Source: Dehalococcoidales bacterium
Lineage (GTDB): Bacteria; Chloroflexota; Dehalococcoidia; Dehalococcoidales; CSSed11-197
Direction of reading: 5' to 3'
DNA length: 64,000 nucleotides
Assembly: GCA_028717385.1 (NCBI GenBank)
Contig: JAQUNW010000003.1
Span: 12,640-76,639 of the forward strand
The translations under genes and the position numbers were made by a program. The notes under the pieces are model-generated. The model was not told the DNA's origin. It searched no databases and saw only the letters and a program-made list of their open reading frames with translations. This document shows, one piece after another, positions 9,167 to 18,898 of the stretch (the first letter of the stretch is position 1; every line of letters begins with the position of its first letter).

Positions 9167-10258
9167 GTGAAGTACATGCAAGAAGCCCTTTCTTTAGCTA
9201 GGCTTGCGCTTGGCAGCGTTAGCCCTAATCCGGCTGTGGGCGCTATACTCGTTCAGGACGACATAGTTGTGGGGAGGGGTTATACCCAGCCCCCCGGCCA
9301 GGCTCACGCTGAGGTGGTTGCCTTGCAACAAGCAGGCGAAGCTGCAAAAGGATCGAGCTTATACGTAACGCTGGAACCGTGTTGTCACTATGGTAAAACC
9401 CCTCCATGCACCGAAGCTATAATACGCGCCGGTGTATCTGAGGTACACGCTGCTATGATTGACCCGAATCCGGTGGTTAACGGTAAGGGCTTGGCTGCTC
9501 TCCAGCAAGCGGGCATCAAGACAGTACTTGGTGAGAGTAAAGAAGAAGCCCAAGAAATTGTAGAAGCTTACATAAAATATATTACTACCGGTATACCTTT
9601 CGTAACTGCCAAATTTGCAATGAGTCTTGATGGTAAGATTGCAACCGGCAGCGGGGATTCCAAATGGATATCCAGCGAATCCTCCCGGAGTTATTCACAC
9701 AGCTTACGAAATCAGCATGATTCTATCATGGCTGGTATCAATACAGTGCTAAAGGATGATCCTCGTCTTACAGTAAGAAGTGGAAGCGGGAAGGGTGGGA
9801 CGGCACATAGACAACCGGTTAGAGTAATTGTAGACAGTTATGCCAGGACACCCTTAAATGCCCAGATTCTTGCCGAAACAGGAAGGACGATTATTGCAGT
9901 TGGCGAAGAAGTTTCCGAACAGAGAAAGCAACAACTTATAGAAAAAGGTGCGGAAATTATAGAACTGCCTGTAATCAACGGATTTATCGACCTGAAGCAG
10001 CTGATAAGCGAACTGGGCAAGAAAGATATAACCAGTGTTATGGTTGAAGGGGGAGGCTCTGTCCTGGGGTCTCTGTTTGATCAGCAGGTGGTAGATAAAG
10101 TTGTCGCCTTTATTGCTCCGATAATAATTGGGGGCGATCTTGCCAGGTCTCCGGTGGGTGGGCAGGGGGTTGATAAGGTAACGGAAGCATTCAAGTTGAC
10201 GAATGTTAAGTATGCAAATTTTGAAAACGATATCATGGTAATCGGTTATTTGAGATAA
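9167..10258 (+). CDS. ribD: bifunctional riboflavin biosynthesis deaminase/reductase
   Basis: 363 aa with the CMP/dCMP deaminase zinc motifs HAEV...PCCHYGKTPPC, followed by a RibD C-terminal reductase domain. Confidence 0.92.
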   Translation: MKYMQEALSLARLALGSVSPNPAVGAILVQDDIVVGRGYTQPPGQAHAEVVALQQAGEAAKGSSLYVTLEPCCHYGKTPPCTEAIIRAGVSEVHAAMIDPNPVVNGKGLAALQQAGIKTVLGESKEEAQEIVEAYIKYITTGIPFVTAKFAMSLDGKIATGSGDSKWISSESSRSYSHSLRNQHDSIMAGINTVLKDDPRLTVRSGSGKGGTAHRQPVRVIVDSYARTPLNAQILAETGRTIIAVGEEVSEQRKQQLIEKGAEIIELPVINGFIDLKQLISELGKKDITSVMVEGGGSVLGSLFDQQVVDKVVAFIAPIIIGGDLARSPVGGQGVDKVTEAFKLTNVKYANFENDIMVIGYLR

Positions 10259-10261
10259 AAG

Positions 10262-10891
10262 ATGTTTACCGGCATAGTAGAAGAAATGGGAGTGCTCTAT
10301 TCCAGGCAGGAAAACCGTTTGACTTTTAAAGCCAAAAAAATACTCGACGAGTTGGAGATCGGCGACAGTATTGCGGTAAATGGTATCTGCCTTACAGTAA
10401 TATCTTTTAACCATGAAGGCTTTACTGTAGAAGTAATGCCGGAAACCTTAAAACGCTCCAACCTTGGTATGGTGGAAACCGGTGGCAAGGTAAATTTGGA
10501 AAGAGCGCTTACTCTGGCTCGGCCGCTTGGCGGGCATTTTGTTCAGGGGCATGTGGATGGTATCGGGAGGGTTAAAACAGTTACCAAAATCCCTGGAGCA
10601 ACTATAATCAAGTTGGTTGCACCTGCCAATATAATACGTTACATTGTAGATAAAGGCTTTATCGCAGTTGACGGAATAAGCCTTACGGTCGTAGAACAAA
10701 TTGGCGATGAGATTACTCTTTCAATTGTCGGTCACAGTTTGTCCAATACCACTTTAGGCAGCCTCAAAGCTGGAGACGTTGTAAATCTGGAAGCTGATAT
10801 TTTAGCAAAATACGTGGAAAAATTTACTGTTCGGCGAGATGGTGGAATTAGTATGGAATTTTTGGCCGAACATGGTTTTACAGCAGAATAA
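10262..10891 (+). CDS. ribE: riboflavin synthase alpha chain
   Basis: 209 aa starting MFTGIVEE, with the duplicated lumazine-binding repeats GDSIAVNGICLTV and DGISLTV. Confidence 0.93.
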   Translation: MFTGIVEEMGVLYSRQENRLTFKAKKILDELEIGDSIAVNGICLTVISFNHEGFTVEVMPETLKRSNLGMVETGGKVNLERALTLARPLGGHFVQGHVDGIGRVKTVTKIPGATIIKLVAPANIIRYIVDKGFIAVDGISLTVVEQIGDEITLSIVGHSLSNTTLGSLKAGDVVNLEADILAKYVEKFTVRRDGGISMEFLAEHGFTAE

Positions 10892-10905
10892 TAAGGGGTT
10901 GAATT

Positions 10906-12120
10906 ATGGCACTGGCCACTATAGAAGAAGCACTCGAGGATATTAAAGAAGGCAAACTCATTATCGTTGTCGATGATGAAAATCGCGAAAATGAAGGAGA
11001 TCTTTTAATTGCAGCGGAAAAGGTCACACCTGAAGCTATCAATTTCATGATAAAACATGCCCGCGGACTGGTTTGCATGCCTTTGACCGGCCTGAGGCTG
11101 GATGAGCTTGATATACCTATGATGGTGAACCAGAATACTTCTGCCCATTGTACTGCCTTTACCGTTTCCATAGAAGCAAAGCATGGGGTTACCACCGGCA
11201 TTTCTGCCCATGATCGAGCTCATACGATACAAACGGTAATAGATCCAAAAACCAGGCCAGAAGACATTGCACGGCCTGGACATATCTTTCCTTTGAGGGC
11301 TAAAGATGGTGGAGTATTAATCAGAGCCGGGCATACCGAAGCGGCTGTCGATCTGGTAAGGCTTGCTGGTCTTTACCCTGCCGGTGTAATTTGCGAGATT
11401 TTAAACGCTGATGGCACGATGGCTAGAGTGCCGCAGCTGGAAAAGATTGCAGAAGAGTATAACCTTAAAATTGTGAGTATTGCTGATCTTATTGCTTACC
11501 GCATGCATCATGAAAAATTGATTAGAGTGGTTACAAAAACCAAACTCCCCACTCAATATGGTGAATTCCAGGCTATAGCATACGCCAGCCAGACTGACGA
11601 AGGCGAACATTTGGCTCTGGTGTATGGAAATATTCATACGGATGAACCTGTGCTGGTACGGGTACATAGCGAATGCCTCACCGGTGATGTTTTAGGCTCA
11701 AAGAGATGTGATTGCGGTGAACAACTGGATGAGGCAATGAGGCGGATAGTGGAAGAGGGTAGGGGAGTTCTGCTTTATATGCGCCAGGAAGGCAGGGGCA
11801 TAGGGTTTCATAATAAGCTAAAAGCTTACGCCTTGCAGGATGAAGGGATGGATACCGTAGAAGCCAATATTTGCCTTGGATTTAAAGATGATCTGCGAGA
11901 TTATGGAACTGGTGCGCAGATTCTTGCCGATTTAGGTTTACATAAAATTGTATTACTCACCAATAATCCCCGCAAGGTTGTCGGATTGGAGGGTTATGGT
12001 TTGACGGTGGTTGAAACCATGCCTATAATAATCCCGCCCAACGAATACAATCGGCGGTATCTGGAAACCAAACAAAACAAGATGGGGCATTTGTTAAAAA
12101 TTGATAAAGATACGCAGTAG
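10906..12120 (+). CDS. ribBA: bifunctional 3,4-dihydroxy-2-butanone-4-phosphate synthase / GTP cyclohydrolase II
   Basis: 404 aa with RENEGDL and GHTEA (DHBPS) plus [15 protein letters not shown] (GCH-II zinc site). Confidence 0.93.
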   Translation: MALATIEEALEDIKEGKLIIVVDDENRENEGDLLIAAEKVTPEAINFMIKHARGLVCMPLTGLRLDELDIPMMVNQNTSAHCTAFTVSIEAKHGVTTGISAHDRAHTIQTVIDPKTRPEDIARPGHIFPLRAKDGGVLIRAGHTEAAVDLVRLAGLYPAGVICEILNADGTMARVPQLEKIAEEYNLKIVSIADLIAYRMHHEKLIRVVTKTKLPTQYGEFQAIAYASQTDEGEHLALVYGNIHTDEPVLVRVHSECLTGDVLGSKRCDCGEQLDEAMRRIVEEGRGVLLYMRQEGRGIGFHNKLKAYALQDEGMDTVEANICLGFKDDLRDYGTGAQILADLGLHKIVLLTNNPRKVVGLEGYGLTVVETMPIIIPPNEYNRRYLETKQNKMGHLLKIDKDTQ

Positions 12121-12150
12121 TACTGGTATCGCTAAAAAGGAGAAGGGAAT

Positions 12151-12618
12151 ATGGGCAAGAGTTTTGAAGGCAATCTTGATGGAAGTGGGCTAAAGATAGC
12201 TGTTGTGATATCGCGGTTTAATGAGTTTATCACCTCCAAATTGCTGGACGGCGCAGTCGATGGTTTGGTTCGCCACAACGTCAGTAAAGAAAACATCGAT
12301 GTTGCCTGGACTCCTGGCGCTCTTGAAATACCTCTGGCTGCCCAGAACTTGGCTCGCAAGGGCGGATATGATGCAATAATTTGCCTGGGGGCAGTTATCC
12401 GAGGAGGTACTCCTCATTTTGACTATGTGGCTACCGAACTAAGCAAGGGAGTAGCTAAGGTATCACTGGACAACGGGATTCCGGTTATCAATGGGGTAAT
12501 CACCAGTGATAACCTGGAGCAAGCCATAGAACGAGCTGGCTCAAAGATGGGGAATAAAGGTTTTGCTGCTGCTTCCAGTGCCATAGAAATGGCTAATCTA
12601 ATAAAGACGTTGTCTTAA
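12151..12618 (+). CDS. ribH: 6,7-dimethyl-8-ribityllumazine synthase
   Basis: 155 aa with [17 protein letters not shown] and GTPHFDYV motifs. Confidence 0.93.
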   Translation: MGKSFEGNLDGSGLKIAVVISRFNEFITSKLLDGAVDGLVRHNVSKENIDVAWTPGALEIPLAAQNLARKGGYDAIICLGAVIRGGTPHFDYVATELSKGVAKVSLDNGIPVINGVITSDNLEQAIERAGSKMGNKGFAAASSAIEMANLIKTLS

Positions 12619-12620
12619 AA

Positions 12621-12875
12621 TTAGCCGGTGATTTTGTAAACCTTATCCCCTTTGCGGACTCTATCCGGCACCTTGATTCCCACGGATTGCCCGGAATGGG
12701 CTTTCTCTACGCTGGCATGTTCAATTTGCATTTCGTGTATGTGGATTTCAATATCTGTCGTGTGGCCAAGGATGCGGATTATATCACCCTTTTTCAGTTC
12801 ACCGGTAAGCTCAACTCCGGCGACCATGGGGTGTGCGAAATAGTCCGATATGTAACCAATTTCTACTTCAGCCAC
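12621..12875 (-). CDS. small EF-Tu domain-2-like beta-barrel protein (translation elongation factor-like)
   Basis: GDIIRILGH...IEHASVEKAHSGQSVGIKV..VRKGDKVY resembles the EF-Tu domain II barrel. A GTG at 12875 is preceded by GGGAGG; the track ORF extends to 12899. Confidence 0.55.
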   Translation of the reverse strand: MAEVEIGYISDYFAHPMVAGVELTGELKKGDIIRILGHTTDIEIHIHEMQIEHASVEKAHSGQSVGIKVPDRVRKGDKVYKITG

Positions 12876-12983
12876 TTTTCTGCACCTCCCTTCTCGCAAT
12901 ATCTCAAAGTATAATCCCCACTATAGTCCAAATCAATAACCTCAGACTTAAAATATCCGGCAAAAATTGCCATAATTCTTATT

Positions 12984-13012
12984 GCATTATAGTTATTTAT
13001 ATACTATAATGC
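12984..13012. promoter_or_regulatory. perfect 10-bp inverted repeat in a divergent promoter region (candidate operator)
   Basis: GCATTATAGT-N9-ACTATAATGC. Each arm contains a TATAAT-like hexamer. Confidence 0.3.
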
Positions 13013-13168
13013 ATAGCTAAATCGAGTATGATAGTCATAGATGATCATAAATAATAACCGGCGTGCATTATCAGTAAACAACAATCAATCAGTGGCGGTT
13101 CATCCAAAAGCCGTTTCTGATATTTCTAATATGCCGTGTACGTTCTTAAAATAAAACGGGAGGGAAAC

Positions 13169-13540
13169 ATGAAAAAAAGCGTACTAATAACCATCATCGC
13201 CGTAAGTCTGGTAATTATCGCATGTGTGATAAGTGCTTGCGCGCAGGAGAAAGAGACTGTTACAGTCACCAACCTAAAAACCACAACAGTGTCCCAGGGA
13301 ACTACAGTTTTCAAGACAACTACTGTAGCTTCAACTGAGCGGGTAACCGTGACAGTATCTGTGGAACCTCCAATGACTGGCACTCCTCCGGGAACCCCTC
13401 ATTCTCTGGAAGTAAACTATGGCAACTGCTTTAACTGTCATCTGATTCCAGCTGGGCATTCCGGCCGAGCTATGATAGAGAACCTGTGTTGGGAATGCCA
13501 TGCTGAACTTCCGGTTGAACAGTGGGCAAACGTAACCTAG
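13169..13540 (+). CDS. small lipoprotein with two CxxCH haem-c motifs (putative dihaem cytochrome c)
   Basis: MKKSVLITIIAVSLVIIACVISAC is a lipoprotein-type signal, followed by a Thr/Val-rich linker, then NCFNCH and CWECH. The ATG at 13169 follows GGGAGGGAA. Confidence 0.6.
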   Translation: MKKSVLITIIAVSLVIIACVISACAQEKETVTVTNLKTTTVSQGTTVFKTTTVASTERVTVTVSVEPPMTGTPPGTPHSLEVNYGNCFNCHLIPAGHSGRAMIENLCWECHAELPVEQWANVT

Positions 13541-13625
13541 AATACAGCAAGCATAATTAGATTTTAACATCAGGTTTGGTTAACACGGTTAATAGATAAA
13601 CCAGATTAGAAAAAGCAGAATATCG

Positions 13626-13672
13626 GGGCACCTGTGAAACAAGGTAAAAAATGCCTTCTTTCGTAGGTGCCC
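13626..13672 (+). terminator. long imperfect hairpin downstream of the dihaem lipoprotein gene
   Basis: GGGCACCT pairs with AGGTGCCC on the outside, and GAAACAAGG with CCTTCTTTC on the inside (one mismatch). The trailing sequence TGTGTATTT is only weakly T-rich. Confidence 0.35.
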
Positions 13673-13765
13673 TGTGTATTTATCACAATAATAAGCCTAT
13701 GCTTTAATACTCGATCCAGTAGGCACACATCAAAAAACCACTAAAAAACCCTTATTTTTGTTAAC

Positions 13766-13794
13766 TTGACAATGCGATGTATCTGTAGTAACCT
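13766..13794 (+). promoter_or_regulatory. candidate sigma-70 promoter for the ABC importer operon
   Basis: TTGACA-17 nt-TAACCT. The -10 element is weak. Confidence 0.3.
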
Positions 13795-13884
13795 AACGTC
13801 TGTTTTAACATTCGATATATTATAAATAACATAACGTTCTGCGCGGGACTATATAACATAATTTACATAAGGAGGAATGGAAGC

Positions 13885-15063
13885 TTGAAATATAGACAGA
13901 TACTCGCAATAGTTACGTTTGGTGTTTTTTGCCTTACATCTATACTCGGGATGGCCGCCTGTAAATCCGATGGTTTAACCAAAACCATCAACCAGACAAC
14001 CACTCTCACCAAAACTCTTACAACCACAGTTCCTGGCCCAATTGTTACAGTGACACAAGAACCGGTTCAACCTACCAATACTATTCCAGCTGGCACAAAA
14101 AAAACTATCACTGACATGTTTGGTCGGGAAGTAGTGGTGCCCTCTGTTGTAAATAAAGTATTGACTTGCGGTCCGGTGGAAATGGAACTTGTTTATATGC
14201 TGGCACCGGATAAGGTAGACGGTTTAAATTTTACGTTTAATGGAAATCCCCCTTTTGCACACGGTAAATACACCTCGCTGCCTGTAGTTGGCGGCTGGTT
14301 TGGCACCCAAACTGGCAATTATGAAACATTTATAGCTGCCATGCCGGATATTATTATCGATGGCAACCAAGTGGGCATTGAAGAAAGACAGTCTAAATTT
14401 GGTGAGATTCCGGTAGTGGGTGTTGACACAGGAGATCTGATGTTTGATTACAAAGAAGCCGCTCGCTTCCTTGGTGAACTGCTAGGTGTGGAAGAAAAGG
14501 CCAATGCGCTAATCGATTACTACGAAGAAGCCATGCTGTATGTTTATGGTGTAGTTTCGGATATACCAGAGAACGAACGAGTCCGAGTGTACTATGCCGG
14601 GGGCAAGGAGGGCTTTAACACTGACCCACTAGGTTCACAACATACCATGCTGATGGATTTCTGTGGTGGTATAAATGTAGCCGATGTAACACTATTGCCA
14701 GGTTACGGCATGGCTGAAGCCTCTATGGAGCAGATTTTGCTGTGGGATCCGGATTTGATAATCATTGGAAGAGGTTCCCAGGCAAATCTTTATCAATCGA
14801 TCATGAACGATCAACGTTGGGCTGGATTAAAAGCAGTGCAAGATGAGAAGGTCTTTCTGCGGCCAGATAACCCCTTTTCCTGGTTTGATGGACCGCCCGG
14901 TCCGTGCCAAATTTTGGGTATGTACTGGATGGTTAACCTTCTTTATCCAGACCAAACTCAAGATCTGGATTTAAATACTAAAGTTAAGGAGTTTTATTCG
15001 GATTATTTACACTACGATCTGACATCCGCAGAGATTGAGTCACTTCTGCCTTATCAAAACTAG
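13885..15063 (+). CDS. ABC transporter substrate-binding lipoprotein, Fe-siderophore/cobalamin (chelate) class
   Basis: 392 aa with a TTG start after AAGGAGGAA, a lipobox (LGMAAC) and a T-rich linker. It has a periplasmic-binding-protein-2-like layout and is followed by a FecCD permease and an ATPase. Confidence 0.8.
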   Translation: MKYRQILAIVTFGVFCLTSILGMAACKSDGLTKTINQTTTLTKTLTTTVPGPIVTVTQEPVQPTNTIPAGTKKTITDMFGREVVVPSVVNKVLTCGPVEMELVYMLAPDKVDGLNFTFNGNPPFAHGKYTSLPVVGGWFGTQTGNYETFIAAMPDIIIDGNQVGIEERQSKFGEIPVVGVDTGDLMFDYKEAARFLGELLGVEEKANALIDYYEEAMLYVYGVVSDIPENERVRVYYAGGKEGFNTDPLGSQHTMLMDFCGGINVADVTLLPGYGMAEASMEQILLWDPDLIIIGRGSQANLYQSIMNDQRWAGLKAVQDEKVFLRPDNPFSWFDGPPGPCQILGMYWMVNLLYPDQTQDLDLNTKVKEFYSDYLHYDLTSAEIESLLPYQN

Positions 15064-15065
15064 CT

Positions 15066-16136
15066 ATGGATACAACCTCTGAATGCAATGTAACAAAACA
15101 TAAACGCTGGAAGGCGTTCAGAACCTCGAACTTGAGCGGGGTATCTGCCGGTTTGATTCTGGTAATAGTATTAATTGTTCTTTTTATCTTTTCTTTTGTT
15201 ATCGGCAGGTATCCCGTATCCCCAATCGATGTTGTTAAAACACTTTGGGCGGCTATTTTTAATTTGGAAATTACCCTGCCGCCCAATGTGGAGAATGTCG
15301 TAATCAATTTGCGTCTGCCGCGTATTATAGCCGCCATACTGGTAGGGGCTAGTCTTTCTGTAGCCGGTACGTCCTTCCAGGGCTTGTTCCGAAATCCGTT
15401 GGTTTCGCCAGATATACTTGGGGTTGCCTCCGGAGCCGGTTTTGGTGCAGCGCTGGGGATTATAATTTCTGGCCACGGTTTAGCTATCCAGGCGCTGTCG
15501 TTTGTTGGTGCCCTGGTAGCGGTAGGTTTATCCCATTTCATCAGCCGGGTAGTAAAAGGAAACCAGACATTAGGTTTGATATTAGCTGGCATTGCCATTG
15601 GATCGTTGTTTAATGCATTTCTATCCCTTATGAAATATGCCGCTGATACCACAAATCAGTTACCGGCTATTACATATTGGTTAATGGGTAGCCTGAATGC
15701 GGTGGGCAAACAGGACATATTGATGACCGGATTGCCAATGCTGATCGGCATTACTATTCTCATACTTATGCGTTGGAGGCTGAATGTCTTGGCTATGGGC
15801 GAAGAAGAAGCTATGGCCCTCGGAGTCAATACCGATCTGTTACGCGGTGTAGTGGTTGTATGTTGCACTGTTATCACAGCTTCAGCGGTTTGCATCAGCG
15901 GTATTATCGGTTGGGTCGGCCTGGTCATACCACACATTGGGCGCATGCTGGTAGGCCCTTGCCATCGTAAACTTTTACCAGTAAGTGCTTTGCTGGGGGC
16001 AATATTTTTACTATTTATTGATAACCTTTGCCGGGTGATTGCTCAGGTAGAAATCCCTATTGGCATATTGACTGCAATTATTGGTGTACCGTTTTTCCTC
16101 TACCTGCTCGCTAAAGGGCGAAGGGGATGGGCTTGA
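15066..16136 (+). CDS. ABC transporter permease, FecCD/BtuC family
   Basis: 356 aa, polytopic, with RLPRIIAAILVGASLSVAGTSFQGLFRNPLVSPDILG and a C-terminal GVPFFLYLL, both typical of FecCD. Confidence 0.88.
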   Translation: MDTTSECNVTKHKRWKAFRTSNLSGVSAGLILVIVLIVLFIFSFVIGRYPVSPIDVVKTLWAAIFNLEITLPPNVENVVINLRLPRIIAAILVGASLSVAGTSFQGLFRNPLVSPDILGVASGAGFGAALGIIISGHGLAIQALSFVGALVAVGLSHFISRVVKGNQTLGLILAGIAIGSLFNAFLSLMKYAADTTNQLPAITYWLMGSLNAVGKQDILMTGLPMLIGITILILMRWRLNVLAMGEEEAMALGVNTDLLRGVVVVCCTVITASAVCISGIIGWVGLVIPHIGRMLVGPCHRKLLPVSALLGAIFLLFIDNLCRVIAQVEIPIGILTAIIGVPFFLYLLAKGRRGWA

Positions 16137-16975
16137 TGCTGGTAGTAAAGAACGCTTGTTTCCACTACGATGCGGGGGAAAATAGTGGTTTTGAAGAAGT
16201 AAATTTTTCCCTTAAAACAGGGCAGGTGATGTGTGTACTAGGCCCCAACGGATGCGGTAAAACCACTATGTTGAAATGCCTGTTAGGCTTGTTGCGGCTG
16301 CAAGGAGGCAGCATACGGCTGGATGGCCAAGAACTCAGCCAGATGTCACGCAGTGCAGTAGCCCGAATTGTAGGATATATCCCCCAGTTGCATCAGCCAG
16401 CTTTCCCTTTTTCAGTGCTGGATACGGTATTGGTTGGCAGGGCTCCACATTTAGGATTTTTACAGTCCCCTGGTGAGAAGGATATTGAAATTGCACGCTC
16501 TGCACTTGAAGCATTGAGTATAACGCACTTGAGCAACAAACCGTTTACTCAGCTTAGCGGCGGCGAGAAGCAAATGGTTACTTTTGCTCGTGTACTTACC
16601 CAACGGCCAGCGTTGCTCTTGATGGATGAGCCAACTTCACATCTTGACTTTGGTAATCAAACCATGGTTTTAAATGTTGTTCAACAACTAGCTGCAACCG
16701 GAATGCCAATAATCATGACCTCGCACTTTCCGGATCATGCATTTTTGACTTCGAGCAAGGTGGCCATCATGAAGAAAGGCAGGTTTTTAGATTTTGGCCC
16801 GCCAGAAAAGGTCATTACCGAAGATAATATGGAGAAGATCTATGGAGTAAAAGTGAGAGTTATGGATGTTAATGATGTTGTCGGTTATAGAGTTTGTTTG
16901 CCCCTGAAAAATCATTTAAATGATTCGAATACACAGAAAATTAACCTGGAGGGATTCTATGCAAAAAAATCTTGA
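16127..16975 (+). CDS. ABC transporter ATP-binding protein (FepC/BtuD-like)
   Basis: Walker A GPNGCGKTT, signature LSGGEKQ and Walker B LLLMDEP. Confidence 0.9.
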   Translation: MGLMLVVKNACFHYDAGENSGFEEVNFSLKTGQVMCVLGPNGCGKTTMLKCLLGLLRLQGGSIRLDGQELSQMSRSAVARIVGYIPQLHQPAFPFSVLDTVLVGRAPHLGFLQSPGEKDIEIARSALEALSITHLSNKPFTQLSGGEKQMVTFARVLTQRPALLLMDEPTSHLDFGNQTMVLNVVQQLAATGMPIIMTSHFPDHAFLTSSKVAIMKKGRFLDFGPPEKVITEDNMEKIYGVKVRVMDVNDVVGYRVCLPLKNHLNDSNTQKINLEGFYAKKS

Positions 16976-17525
16976 CTATTATCTGGAAAAAGCCAAAGTG
17001 TTGCATGGTGATATTTGTGCTGGCATAGTTCTGGGGGCGCGCATTACCTTAACCGGAATGAGAGAGCTGGGTATGGACCCAGATGAGCACAACCGCGACT
17101 TGATAGTATTCGTGGAGATTGATCGTTGTATGACTGACGCCGCTCAGGCAATTACCGGTACGACGTTAGGCCATCGAACCTTAAAATACGTTAACTATGG
17201 CAAATTTGCTGCTACTTTTTATGATCTGGCCAGTGGTAAGGCGGTACGCGTTTCCCGACGTGATAAGGTCAAATATTCAGGCCAGGACATGAAGGAATAT
17301 TTTAAAACAGCACCAGAAGATGAAATAATTGAAATCGAAAAGGTTGAAATAGAAATGAGTGATTTTGACTTGCCAGGATATCCTCGCAGGACTGAAGAGT
17401 GCTGCCACTGTGGTGAACTTATCTTTGATGGCCGTGGTGTTGGTCGTAAAGGCAGCTTGCTCTGCCGGGCGTGTGCTGACGGATCTTATTATAAAAAAGA
17501 GAAGGTTAACAATGAAACTGATTGA
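16959..17525 (+). CDS. FmdE-family protein with C-terminal zinc ribbon
   Basis: HGDICAGIVLGARI...EIDRCMTDAAQAITG is an FmdE/FwdE-domain pattern, with CHCGE...CRAC at the C-terminus. The ATG at 16959 follows GGAGGG; the track ORF starts at 16920. Confidence 0.75.
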   Translation: MQKNLDYYLEKAKVLHGDICAGIVLGARITLTGMRELGMDPDEHNRDLIVFVEIDRCMTDAAQAITGTTLGHRTLKYVNYGKFAATFYDLASGKAVRVSRRDKVKYSGQDMKEYFKTAPEDEIIEIEKVEIEMSDFDLPGYPRRTEECCHCGELIFDGRGVGRKGSLLCRACADGSYYKKEKVNNETD

Positions 17526-18255
17526 CGATTTGATTGCACATGCAAAGTGTAATAACGCGCCGGTGAAAGATGTGCGGGTGGGAGTGTCATGGACCGGAGT
17601 CTGGGGCAAATACTGCGGTCTGGCAAAAACCTATGGCATCCCAGTTGTACACGGTAATTATACTCGCGATATGGGACATCTTACTGAAAGAACTGCCCTG
17701 GAGCTGGCTGAGTATTCTCGTTCCTGGAATCTAATTGAAGCTAGTATAGGGGTTGCGGCAATTAGCTCAATGACAAAAGCTGCGAGGAGCGTCGATATCA
17801 ATGCCCGAGACCTAATCTTAAAAAAAGCCATGGATAAAAAAGTGGCAATATCGGGCTCTTTTCCCTTTACTCCTGAATTAAAGAAGCTGGCTCGAGAAAT
17901 TTCAATATTCGAGCTTGACCAATCTAAACTGGATCCGGTAAACAACATCATTACTGAAACGGCTGCTGAGCATATTATTCCCGAATGTGAAGTGGTTATC
18001 ATAACTGGTTCTACGTTGATTAACAAATCAGCAGAACGTTTGCTGGAACTGGCGCGATTAGCCCGGGCATATACTGTGGTACTGGGACCATCTACGCCAA
18101 TGAGCGAGGTATGGTTTGATTATGGTGTGGACTTGGTAGGCGGGGTTGAAGTTCTTAATCCCCAAGCAGTATTGTTGAAGCTTAGTCAAAGCGGAGGTAT
18201 GCTGGATACGCGTGTATGTCCTGGGGAAATCATCTTCAAGGCAATTGAACGATGA
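17512..18255 (+). CDS. DUF4213/DUF364 protein (putative heavy-metal chelation enolase-N/Rossmann fold)
   Basis: VRVGVSWTGV...GLAKT... followed by a Rossmann-like VAISGSFPF...VVIITGSTLIN. The internal ATG at 17512 overlaps the FmdE stop. Confidence 0.65.
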   Translation: MKLIDDLIAHAKCNNAPVKDVRVGVSWTGVWGKYCGLAKTYGIPVVHGNYTRDMGHLTERTALELAEYSRSWNLIEASIGVAAISSMTKAARSVDINARDLILKKAMDKKVAISGSFPFTPELKKLAREISIFELDQSKLDPVNNIITETAAEHIIPECEVVIITGSTLINKSAERLLELARLARAYTVVLGPSTPMSEVWFDYGVDLVGGVEVLNPQAVLLKLSQSGGMLDTRVCPGEIIFKAIER

Positions 18256-18893
18256 ATCGCACAAAGCTCACTGATACCAATAAGTTCTCAAAGGTAGCCA
18301 GATATGCTTTTGCTCCGATATATCCCTTTCTGGCCAATCAGATAAAAGCAAAATTCGGTATTGAAAATGGAACATGTATTGACGTTGGTTCGGGTCCGGG
18401 TAATCTGGCCATAGAAATGGCTAAAATTACCAATCTAAAGGTGTTTTCTCTTGATCTTCAACCGCAGATGAGTGATATCGCTCTAGAAAATATCAAACAA
18501 GCTGGCCTGAGTAATCGTATAACTACCATCACTGCCGATGTTTGTTGCATCCCTTTTCCAGACGATTCGGTGGATTTGGTGATCAGTCGCGGATCGATAT
18601 TCTTTTGGGAGGACCGCCCGGCGGGTTGCGCAGAGATATATAGAATCTTGAAACCCGGTGGAGTTGCCTATTGCGGAGGCGGCATGGGAACTCCTGAAAT
18701 ACGTGCTCAGGTGATGCAAAGTATCGAAAAGGATGATAGATTTGCACAAGAAAGGGACTTTTGGGTTTATAATATTGGAAAAAACAGAAACCGATTGGAA
18801 CCAGAAGAGCTTTGCGCAAGGTTGATGCAAATGGGAATCCCTGCTACGGCGGAAAAGGAAAACGATGGTATATGGATTCAGTTTATAAAGTAG
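18252..18893 (+). CDS. class I SAM-dependent methyltransferase
   Basis: SAM motif I CIDVGSGPGNLA, then DLVISRGSIFFW. The ATGA start/stop overlaps the upstream gene. Confidence 0.8.
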   Translation: MNRTKLTDTNKFSKVARYAFAPIYPFLANQIKAKFGIENGTCIDVGSGPGNLAIEMAKITNLKVFSLDLQPQMSDIALENIKQAGLSNRITTITADVCCIPFPDDSVDLVISRGSIFFWEDRPAGCAEIYRILKPGGVAYCGGGMGTPEIRAQVMQSIEKDDRFAQERDFWVYNIGKNRNRLEPEELCARLMQMGIPATAEKENDGIWIQFIK

Positions 18894-18898
18894 ATAAC

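Noticed and set aside
13541-13884. Cobalamin riboswitch upstream of the BtuF/FecB-like importer operon.
   Set aside because: I saw no B12-box-like GCCACTG core and no characteristic multi-stem junction. Only a long hairpin and a weak promoter are present.
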